Below, one piece after another: positions 9,419 through 16,528 of a DNA stretch of 43,652 nucleotides. Every line of letters begins with the position of its first letter. The stretch's first letter is position 1. Source of the stretch: a virus. The stretch is taken from the UHGV virus genome UHGV-0201380; one strand, 5' to 3'. A program made the translations under genes and the position numbers. The notes under the pieces are model-generated. The model ran no database searches and was not told the origin of the DNA. It was given only the letters and a program-made list of their open reading frames with translations.

Positions 9419-9448
9419 CACATAGCGCCCCGCAGGACGCTATAGGCT
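9419..9448 (-). promoter_or_regulatory. Conserved early-region hairpin element, copy 2
   Basis: 30-bp element, 27 of 30 identical to the copy at 10135..10164. Contains a 6-bp inverted repeat ATAGCG/CGCTAT whose stem positions covary with copy 1 (ATAGCA/TGCTAT). Lies 15-45 nt upstream of an early gene start. Confidence 0.4.
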
Positions 9449-9521
9449 TGCTACTAGAGATATTCGCCCGCCACTACAAATAACAGCACCACCGCCGTTA
9501 TGATAACCATGAATTCTACGC

Positions 9522-10097
9522 TCATGCCGCCGCCTTCAAAGTTGCGTCCAGTACAGCGCGTACATCCACGCCCTGCGATACCAGCATATACACGAGGTCA
9601 GCGTCGCTTACACCAGTCTCTTTTGCCTTCTTGATAGCGTTTTTAACGCGCCCCAGCGCTTGCAAGCGCACTGCATCGGCATCCAGCGCGTCATTCTTTA
9701 CCTGCTCCGCTTCGGCAGCGTACAGGGCCATACAGGAGCTATAGAAGCTGGCTACAATTACTTCGCGCTCCTGCTTGTCAGCTTGTTTATAGTCCAGACG
9801 CATAGTGTCCAGTTCGATGCCCAGCTTCTCAGCAGACGCATAGCACTTCTTCGCGTTGAATTCGTATTTGCCGGACTCCTTGTTGAACTTGATAGGCAGC
9901 AGCGTACGCAGCACCATATCGAAGTCCGCGGCATCGCTGCGCTGCATATCCATAGCCCAGGAAACGTTGCTGCTAATCAGGCCGTGGAAGAGCGCGCTAA
10001 TAGTGATGTTGCGCTTTGCTTCCACTACGTCGCCCAGCGCTTTACGAATGCTGCCCGCAGCGGTGAGCTTGAATACTTTACCAGTTGAATGGGTCAT
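9522..10097 (-). CDS. Hypothetical early protein (first sizeable early gene)
   Basis: 191-aa ORF. ATG is preceded by AAAGAGGTG; it lies downstream of the putative host-promoter region and the conserved hairpin element. No recognisable domain. Confidence 0.6.
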   Translation of the reverse strand: MTHSTGKVFKLTAAGSIRKALGDVVEAKRNITISALFHGLISSNVSWAMDMQRSDAADFDMVLRTLLPIKFNKESGKYEFNAKKCYASAEKLGIELDTMRLDYKQADKQEREVIVASFYSSCMALYAAEAEQVKNDALDADAVRLQALGRVKNAIKKAKETGVSDADLVYMLVSQGVDVRAVLDATLKAAA

Positions 10098-10134
10098 AAT
10101 GCACCTCTTTGATTGGTTGTTTAGGTAATTACTT

Positions 10135-10164
10135 CACATAGCACCCCGTAGGATGCTATAGGCT
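10135..10164 (-). promoter_or_regulatory. Conserved early-region hairpin element, copy 1
   Basis: Same 30-bp element as 9419..9448, here with stem ATAGCA/TGCTAT. Sits about 40 nt upstream of the 191-aa early gene. Confidence 0.4.
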
Positions 10165-10168
10165 GTAA

Positions 10169-10366
10169 TTATCGACCAAATTGGGAGTTAACAGTAGGCC
10201 ATCCAGATGGCTGCCTGCTACTGCCCTTTTGTTTTTGCTTTCCCCTCACCCTGTGCTCACTGCTCAACCCTTGTTTGCTAGGCTTCACAGTAAGCGGCAC
10301 GTCGTCGGTGGGATTCAGTGATAATTGCATATTCCGCCGTAATGCTAAACGCTTTGATTTGCGCAT
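10169..10366 (-). CDS. Hypothetical small highly basic protein
   Basis: 65-aa track ORF rich in Arg/Lys (MRKSKRLALRR ... KQKQKG). ATG is preceded by GAGAGGTAAG. It is the first ORF downstream of the candidate sigma70-like promoters. Confidence 0.35.
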   Translation of the reverse strand: MRKSKRLALRRNMQLSLNPTDDVPLTVKPSKQGLSSEHRVRGKQKQKGSSRQPSGWPTVNSQFGR

Positions 10367-10716
10367 ACTCTTACCTCTCAGAGAACATAATCTAGCGCAA
10401 CCTTGTTACTGCTGCGCTATGTTATATGCTCTTTGCGGGATACACTCCGCGCCTTGTTCCCTCGATTCAGAGGAGCGAGCTGCTCTCGCCTCGACAGTGT
10501 GGTTTGTCTCAGAACCCCGGTGATAACGTCCGGCACGTTTACTCTTTAACTGATTGTCTAGGGGTGGGTCGTCAACGTACCAGTCAAGGTACTGGGCCTC
10601 CCCGCAAACCAGCTTACTACTAAACCTTTAAGAGGTCATTTTTAACGTCTAGCCTAATCCGACGGGACACACATCCTTGCGCCCTAGAGTGGTTATCCTT
10701 GCCTTGTTCGCTATCT

Positions 10717-10745
10717 AAGTTACTCAGTGAATCAGAACTTGTCAA
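10717..10745 (-). promoter_or_regulatory. Candidate host sigma70-type early promoter
   Basis: Minus strand reads TTGACA - 17 nt - TAACTT. The -35 is perfect, the -10 is weak. Located in the lower-GC non-coding region upstream of the early genes. Confidence 0.25.
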
Positions 10746-10785
10746 GCGTTTATTTCTTACTGCCTTACTGCTTACTTCGGGATTC

Positions 10786-10814
10786 AATCTAGCTTATGTT
10801 CTTCGCGGTGTCAA
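10786..10814 (-). promoter_or_regulatory. Candidate host sigma70-type early promoter
   Basis: Minus strand reads TTGACA - 17 nt - TAGATT, in the same non-coding early leader. Confidence 0.3.
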
Positions 10815-10966
10815 CTCTTTTTATTGAGTGTCTAACCCTTCACACTATCTAGCTTTAATCCGGCTGAATCTCCCGACTCTGCCCCGGTTAGCGCCTCAGT
10901 GCCTCCCGGTGATTGAACTATAGCCCTATTGAACCAAAAGAAGCAAGTACTTTTTTAAACTTTTTA

Positions 10967-11383
10967 TCACTGGGAGCAAAAAGAGTAAGCAGACCCCCAA
11001 AGGTCTGCGTGCAGTAAACTATTGTAGTCCCCATAAGTCACGTCGAACTCTCGCCAGTTAGTATCGTACTCAGGACTAGCCAATAACTCATCCTTTGTGA
11101 AGCATCTCCCTTCCTGAATCTGTGCTAAGTGTATGGCCCGGTGAGTGTCAGCGCTAACCAGTATCAGGTTATTGAAGTCACAGTTAAGGCGGTTACTGTC
11201 ACAGTGATGTACGTGATAGCCAGAACCGTAGCTAGTGATTCCCAGAGCATCCATAACCACGGCCCTATGCAGCGCCACAGTCTTATAGTCTCTCTTACCT
11301 CGCTTATTCACATACTCAGGCCCAGCACCATTAATCACTGGATAACCTTCCTTATCAACCACAATCTTAAATGTTCTAGCCAC
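10967..11383 (-). CDS. HNH homing endonuclease
   Basis: 138 aa with HVHHCDSNRLNCDFNNLILVSADTHRAIH (HNH core). Free-standing, between the terminus repeat region and the early promoters. A GC hairpin plus T-run overlaps its last codons (about 10975..11008). Confidence 0.8.
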   Translation of the reverse strand: MARTFKIVVDKEGYPVINGAGPEYVNKRGKRDYKTVALHRAVVMDALGITSYGSGYHVHHCDSNRLNCDFNNLILVSADTHRAIHLAQIQEGRCFTKDELLASPEYDTNWREFDVTYGDYNSLLHADLWGSAYSFCSQ

Positions 11384-12205
11384 AACAATATCTCCTTACA
11401 TAGTGATTAGTAGCGTAACCATAGCGACGATATCCCGGAGGGATAGGAGCGGAGGTTACAAGATTCTAGGTAATGCTTCCCTCCCTACGGTCAGTCATAC
11501 AGGGCATTACTAGGGGATACTAGTGACTACTAGTGAGTAGTAGTAAGTAGTGTGTATATAGTGCCCTAAAACCCTCCTACTCCTGTAACATCATTTCATG
11601 ACAGCTTTCGAATGAAAGTAAGAGCAAGGGGATAGCAAAGAGATAGCGCCGGGATAGTGTTGGGTGAGGATGTGCGCCCTAGTGGGGAGCGCGCAGCGTA
11701 GCATATAATCGGCACAATGTAAAGCACTAGGGATAGCCAGTGGATAGCCTAGTGCATACTAGGGATAGCACCGTGACGCACTACAGCGCACTAGGCAGGC
11801 CCACTATGGCCCCACAATGCAGGCACTAGGCGGGCCCACTATGGACGCGCAAAATAAGCAAGGCAGAGCGCACCCCTACGGCCCACAGGGAGCGCACAGG
11901 GATAGCCCCTAGTGCCCCGTAGAGCGCACAGGAGCCACTCAGTGCCACGCACAGGCCAAGCCGTGGGGCAGCACTAGCGATAGCCCCAGCGCAGCGCAGG
12001 GAGCCACTGAGGCCCTCTGAGGCTTCCGCTATAGCCACGGTCTTAGCTGCCGTGGCGCTCCACACCTCAGAGAGCGCCCTAGGGCCGTCTAGACGTCTAG
12101 GCACCCACCCCACCCCTCCTTTTATGCGCTAGGCACCCCCTATGGGGGCAATTGGCGTCGTTGAGGGTGAGGGAGGCTCAAGGGCGAGTATAATAATTTT
12201 TGGTT
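11384..12205. repeat. Non-coding repeat-rich region, probable physical genome terminus or terminal-repeat neighbourhood
   Basis: About 820 bp with no ORF of 60 aa or more on the coding strand. Dense short direct repeats (GGGATAGC about 8 times, CACTAG/CTAGTG about 9 times), a 21-bp direct repeat CACTAGGC(A/G)GGCCCACTATGG twice about 39 bp apart, and tagt-type microrepeats at 11521-11560. Lies between the last late gene and the early region. Confidence 0.5.
11575..11591 (-). promoter_or_regulatory. Candidate phage-RNAP promoter-like motif, copy A
   Basis: Exact 17-mer TCCTACTCCTGTAACAT (minus strand ATGTTACAGGAGTAGGA), one of three identical copies in the window, here within the terminus region. 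Confidence 0.35.
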
Positions 12206-12667
12206 TCAGATATACACCTGCCCCGGGGTGAAGGCCTTGTGTTGCTCTTGACGTTTCTCTAGTACCCACTTGCAGATAACTTCGTAGGAGCTGTGCTTCT
12301 TCATGTAACGCTTACCGTCCTTCCAGAACTCCCCGCGCCAGCAGGTGCCAGTGTAGTATACACCCCTAGGATGTTCCCGCTTAGACCTGCGTGCGTTACA
12401 GTTGTTTTCGCTAACCGTAGCTAAGCGCAGGTTCTCTAATCTGTTGTCACCGGGGTTTTGGTTGATGTGGTCCACCACATATCCGTCTGGAATAGGCCCG
12501 TTGTGTAGTTCCCAGATGAGGCGGTGTGCCTGTATCTTTCTACCAGATACCTGTACCACCCAGTAGCCACGAGTGTTGCGGGTACCCGCTGGAGCACCGG
12601 CGCGCCTACCCTTGAGCCACACCAAGCAGCTAGGGGATGTTGTGTCATATTTGATGTTCATAGACAT
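12206..12667 (-). CDS. HNH homing endonuclease (HNH plus AP2-like DNA-binding region)
   Basis: 153 aa with HRLIWELHNGPIPDGYVVDHINQNPGDNRLENLRLATVSENNCNA. Last gene before the terminus region. The upstream intergenic region carries GTATCTCTA direct repeats. Confidence 0.85.
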   Translation of the reverse strand: MSMNIKYDTTSPSCLVWLKGRRAGAPAGTRNTRGYWVVQVSGRKIQAHRLIWELHNGPIPDGYVVDHINQNPGDNRLENLRLATVSENNCNARRSKREHPRGVYYTGTCWRGEFWKDGKRYMKKHSSYEVICKWVLEKRQEQHKAFTPGQVYI

Positions 12668-12763
12668 ATCCTCATTTTAAAGTCTAATAAATTTCAGGTC
12701 CAGGTATAGACGTGCACCCCAAGTAGTGCCCCGGGATACCATAGAGATACCCCAGGGAGCTAC

Positions 12764-14719
12764 TTAGAGATACACCTCCCAGGCTACCTGGGATACATCC
12801 GCTGCGTTACTACTCCTAATCACGAAGCTGTTTAGGTCCGGATTAGGTGTAGGTACATCCTGGTTCTGTGCTACGCCAGTAACCGTCAAGGCCCCAGCAC
12901 TAGAAGGAAAGGTTAACCGCGTCAACTTGACCTCAGACACCCACTTGAAGGAGTTAGCTACGCTGCCAAAGTTTCCGCGTACACGAGCGTTGACCGTAGC
13001 CTCACCCGCAACCAGTGTTGCCACTCCGCGAATGCTTGTGTCGTCCAGTAAGTTCCTGGACATGCGCGGAGGCGTAGGCTGCACAGTATAACCACTCAGT
13101 AATGCCCAAGACACACCGTGACCGGTCATGTCATTATTGGACATAGATACCATGGTAGGGTTAATGCCCATAGTCCCGTGGAAGTACACAGCTCTTCCGG
13201 TACCGTCGTAGCGCATGCTCACGTCATCAATCTCCAGGGATGTCTGCGCTGTCTCAGCCACATCCTTAGTGACGAAGATGTGAGAGCTGGAGTTGCGCGT
13301 GTACCGACCGCCTTTAACACGGCCCCCGTTGATTCGCACACCATTCTGGCTACCGTGAGCCTCGCAGTCATAAACGTAGCCACCACCGTACGAACAGTTA
13401 AAGCCAGAGCGTACGTTGTCATAAGCTAGGCACTCCCTATAGATAGGGAAGGCTACACCGGTGTTGGAGGCGAACCCGTCCAGAGCTGCACGGTAAGCTC
13501 GACAGTTCAAGTACTCTACCCCGTTAGTGCGCGCTTGGAACCCATCGTCAGCACTGTCGTACGAAACGCAGCGAACGAACTTCACACGCTTACCAATGTC
13601 GTGAGTATCAAATCCAGCATGGGTTGTGCTGTAGGCTTCGCAGTTAACGCCTAAGAACTCGATAGGCTCTCCCCACTTGTCCCCGTCTGCAGTGCTCTGC
13701 CAGTTCAAAGAGATTGCGTGGCGTACGTCCATAGCGTGGATATCGTGTACTTCCGTGTCCTCTGAGCAGCCGAGCACCTCTACCCCGTACCATCCGATGT
13801 TGTAGAAGTACGTACCCTTAACGGTGCTGTCTACGCAGTTATTGAACTTGATAGCGCTACGCCCTTCTATATCAGAAGCCCCTGGGCGTTTGTTGCCAAT
13901 AATAACCCCGTCCTGGATGTGCAAGTCCGCGGCAAAGTTGGCAGAGATACCGATAGTAAAGAACCGGTTCAAATCGTCGTAGCCGAACTCGTTGATGTAC
14001 GGGGATACTAAGGTTACGTTCTCCACCATTGTCGGGATACCTACTTCCGCAGCATCAGACAGGTAGTAGTTATAGTGCAGCGCTTTATCCAGCCGAATGC
14101 TGGTGACGCCACCGGAGGTGCTAACACCCACCACTTTCCTAATCTGGGAAATCTTTACCCCGTAGGTGTTAGGCCCACCGTCGCATAGCTTGTTAGAGCG
14201 AAGATACAAGTACGTACCTTTTACCACAGACAAAGCACCAGCAGCCACCGTAATGACTTTGCTGCCCGCCGCAGCGTCCGCCGCTAACGGTACGAACGCC
14301 GATGGTGCCGCGCCGATAATATTAAGCACCTGACGCGCAACCGCAGCGTCCGGTAGGATTCTTCCGGTATCGGTAAACTCTAGCGTAGAGTTGCTTTTGA
14401 TGTTGAGCACACTCGTGGCCTGCAGGACTGTGTCCACAACCAGGTGCCTATTAGGCGCGCTCATGAACGTGACTATGCCTGCCCAATTGCTGAACCAGGA
14501 GCTGTATGCCGGGCCCGTGAATTTACGGAGCAGATACCCACCGGGCACAGCAAACACAGTCCCGTTATCTACTACCGACGCAGCAGTAGTAAAGGTGAAA
14601 TCCCCACCACCACTGCCCAGTAGGATAATCTTGTCCTGCACCTGAAAGTTTGGATATGCTACCATGCTCGCCAAGTCGGAGAATACCCGCTCTGGAGCTA
14701 CTAATCTAATTAACGCCAT
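12764..14719 (-). CDS. Tailspike protein, probable polysaccharide depolymerase (beta-helix)
   Basis: 651 aa, Gly/Asn/Thr/Ser/Val-rich composition typical of parallel beta-helix tailspikes. Encoded after the lysis cassette at the genome end, as in KP34-like phages. Substrate unknown. Confidence 0.7.
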   Translation of the reverse strand: MALIRLVAPERVFSDLASMVAYPNFQVQDKIILLGSGGGDFTFTTAASVVDNGTVFAVPGGYLLRKFTGPAYSSWFSNWAGIVTFMSAPNRHLVVDTVLQATSVLNIKSNSTLEFTDTGRILPDAAVARQVLNIIGAAPSAFVPLAADAAAGSKVITVAAGALSVVKGTYLYLRSNKLCDGGPNTYGVKISQIRKVVGVSTSGGVTSIRLDKALHYNYYLSDAAEVGIPTMVENVTLVSPYINEFGYDDLNRFFTIGISANFAADLHIQDGVIIGNKRPGASDIEGRSAIKFNNCVDSTVKGTYFYNIGWYGVEVLGCSEDTEVHDIHAMDVRHAISLNWQSTADGDKWGEPIEFLGVNCEAYSTTHAGFDTHDIGKRVKFVRCVSYDSADDGFQARTNGVEYLNCRAYRAALDGFASNTGVAFPIYRECLAYDNVRSGFNCSYGGGYVYDCEAHGSQNGVRINGGRVKGGRYTRNSSSHIFVTKDVAETAQTSLEIDDVSMRYDGTGRAVYFHGTMGINPTMVSMSNNDMTGHGVSWALLSGYTVQPTPPRMSRNLLDDTSIRGVATLVAGEATVNARVRGNFGSVANSFKWVSEVKLTRLTFPSSAGALTVTGVAQNQDVPTPNPDLNSFVIRSSNAADVSQVAWEVYL

Positions 14720-15328
14720 TTATCCTCCGGTCTTAGTAAGAGCTGCCACCGCAGCATTTACATTCTTATACTGATTCCCAATGGCCTTGCTCTGCCACTG
14801 TCTGCGCCCCCATAGGCCCCAGCACACTTTATTGCGCTGCCCGTTAATATACTGAGAACAGTCGAAGGTCCAGCGGTTGCTACCCTTGTACACCCAACCG
14901 ATGCCCGGGGATTTCTGCTGGTACTTGCTAATATAGCGCCAGTCCAGTACGGCCTTTCCAGCTGCTGCGTAATCCAGGTTCTTGAGATGCCGCTTCACGG
15001 AGCTGCCGTTGAAGCCAGCTACTCCTACGTTATAAATAAAGTCTATAGACCCAACCAGAGCTACATCAGAGAGCTGCATAGGAAGCCCGTCAAGGGCTTT
15101 TGCGTGTTCCCCTGCTGATTGTATCAGTTGCTTCTGACAATCGCTCAGCGTGGCTCTCTGGCCCATCTTGACGCCCTTTGTCTCGCCATAGCAGATGGTA
15201 GGGACACCGGCACTGTCCCTATAGGCGGGGAGGCTTAGACCTTCGTTATGCTTAATCACTCCAGTGATAGCGCCGCCGAGCATGGTGGCCCCCGTAAGGG
15301 CCGCCACAACCTTAGTCCTTAAACTCAT
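14720..15328 (-). CDS. SAR endolysin (T4 lysozyme-like, GH24 muramidase)
   Basis: 202 aa. N-terminal weakly hydrophobic Gly/Ala-rich segment (VVAALTGATMLGGAITGV) is a signal-anchor-release domain. EGLSLPAYRDSAGVPTICYGET matches the T4 lysozyme Glu/Asp/Thr catalytic region, and GVAGF is the conserved later motif. Confidence 0.85.
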   Translation of the reverse strand: MSLRTKVVAALTGATMLGGAITGVIKHNEGLSLPAYRDSAGVPTICYGETKGVKMGQRATLSDCQKQLIQSAGEHAKALDGLPMQLSDVALVGSIDFIYNVGVAGFNGSSVKRHLKNLDYAAAGKAVLDWRYISKYQQKSPGIGWVYKGSNRWTFDCSQYINGQRNKVCWGLWGRRQWQSKAIGNQYKNVNAAVAALTKTGG

Positions 15329-15563
15329 ATTTAATAGTCCCCTTACGTGCCTGCTCCTCTAGGAGCTTGAATGTACGTCGCTTGTAATACGCATTCCACG
15401 CCAGGGTTAACACTGCGCACACCGTCGCAGTGATGAAGCTGATAGTGCTCCAGTTCCAGCTCATTAACTCTGCCAACCAACCTCCTGATACCGTAGCGCC
15501 GGTAACTGCTGCACCTGCCCGGGTAGCGATGTCTGCTCCAACCATGTCTCCCACCTTAATCAT
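15312..15563 (-). CDS. Holin (pinholin-like, two TMDs)
   Basis: 83 aa with two hydrophobic segments (the first Gly/Ala-rich, the second WSTISFITATVCAVLTLAW) and a charged C-terminus. Overlaps the endolysin start. Confidence 0.6.
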   Translation of the reverse strand: MIKVGDMVGADIATRAGAAVTGATVSGGWLAELMSWNWSTISFITATVCAVLTLAWNAYYKRRTFKLLEEQARKGTIKYEFKD

Positions 15564-15960
15564 CCTGCTGCCCCTTCTTCCTGAACAGCTTACGAATCAC
15601 CAGAATGACCACTAGGAAGACCAGAGGAATACTGGCCCCAGCTAATCCGGCGAGGATAAGACTGTAACTATCATTGTTAACCACCTGCAGGCGTTCTGCC
15701 TGGATTGTCCCGGTGCTAATAGTTTGCACCTGCTTCTTACTGGACGTGTCCAAAGTGCCTACGTTAGAATCCTGTACATCAGTTTTGTTGGTGGTGCTGG
15801 AGTCCACCTTGTTATTCAAGCCAACGGTTTGTTTGGTGTTCTCGGCACCAACCTGAGCAGATACATCCGGCTTAGAACCAACTAAGCCGGTGAGTGCAGA
15901 GGTCGCCGAGCAACCAGTCAGAGTAACCGCGAGCAGCAACCCAGCGACCAGTTTACGCAT
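15556..15960 (-). CDS. Spanin, unimolecular-type topology (lipoprotein with C-terminal TMD)
   Basis: 134 aa. N-terminal signal with lipobox LTGC (MRKLVAGLLLAVTLTGCS) and C-terminal TM segment (LILAGLAGASIPLVFLVVILVI) followed by basic residues. No separate i-spanin or embedded o-spanin seen. Confidence 0.5.
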   Translation of the reverse strand: MRKLVAGLLLAVTLTGCSATSALTGLVGSKPDVSAQVGAENTKQTVGLNNKVDSSTTNKTDVQDSNVGTLDTSSKKQVQTISTGTIQAERLQVVNNDSYSLILAGLAGASIPLVFLVVILVIRKLFRKKGQQDD

Positions 15961-16142
15961 TAGCTAGCAGCCTCCACTGCGGCCACCGCGGCTTCAAGCG
16001 CAGCAATCTTGGTATCGAAGGCAGCACCAGTCTGGGCCACGTTCTGCGGCTGCGTAAGGATAGCATACAGGTCCTTACCGAGAATGTTCAGCTGACGCAA
16101 CAGCTCCTGCTGTTGCGCTGAGGTTGCTTTTGCAATTGCCAT
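15960..16142 (-). CDS. Hypothetical small Ala/Gln-rich protein
   Basis: 60-aa ORF between the terminase module and the lysis cassette; translationally coupled to the spanin gene. Confidence 0.4.
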   Translation of the reverse strand: MAIAKATSAQQQELLRQLNILGKDLYAILTQPQNVAQTGAAFDTKIAALEAAVAAVEAAS

Positions 16143-16153
16143 GTGTACTCTCC

Positions 16154-16528
16154 TTATTCTGCCGCATCAGTGGCGGCTACGAATGCACTCTGCAGTGCAG
16201 TGAACGAATCATCAAACGCTGTACCGGAGCCCTCACCGAGCGGCATACCTGTACCTGTAAGGGCAACGTAGCCGGTCTTAGAGAGCTGTGACAGCATGCT
16301 GAACAGGCGCGCCTGCAGCGTACCGTCATCCTTAAAGGCTGTACCGGCACGGGTAGCCGTATAGCCCTGGGACTGCATGTACGTGAAGAACGCGTTCAGC
16401 TTAGTCAGGGCAGTCGTACCTACGAAGCCTACGTTGTAGTCCGGCTGCACCTGCTTCTCCAGGTTCTGGCACGTGCCTACAATGGCGTACTGGACGTCCG
16501 CAGTTTTAGCTGCGATGATTGATGCCAT
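16154..16528 (-). CDS. Hypothetical protein
   Basis: 124-aa ORF immediately downstream of the large terminase. No recognised domain. Confidence 0.5.
   Translation of the reverse strand: MASIIAAKTADVQYAIVGTCQNLEKQVQPDYNVGFVGTTALTKLNAFFTYMQSQGYTATRAGTAFKDDGTLQARLFSMLSQLSKTGYVALTGTGMPLGEGSGTAFDDSFTALQSAFVAATDAAE

Noticed and set aside
9455-9510. Tiny hydrophobic 18-codon ORF (MVIITAVVLLFVVAGEYL) in the gap between two early genes
   Set aside because: Too short to support without conservation or expression data, and there is no strong ribosome-binding site. It is mentioned only as context for the early region.
10975-11008. GC hairpin (GCAGACC-TTTGGG-GGTCTGC) plus T-rich run at the 3' end of the HNH gene as an intrinsic terminator
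   Set aside because: The hairpin lies within the last codons of the HNH ORF and the downstream T-run is interrupted (TTACTCTTTTT). It may terminate transcription before the early promoters, but the evidence is too weak to call it a feature.
12668-12763. GTATCTCTA direct repeats upstream of the terminal HNH gene as a distinct promoter
   Set aside because: Only two short copies and no recognisable -35/-10 or phage-promoter-like consensus. They may simply reflect the repeat families of the adjacent terminus region.
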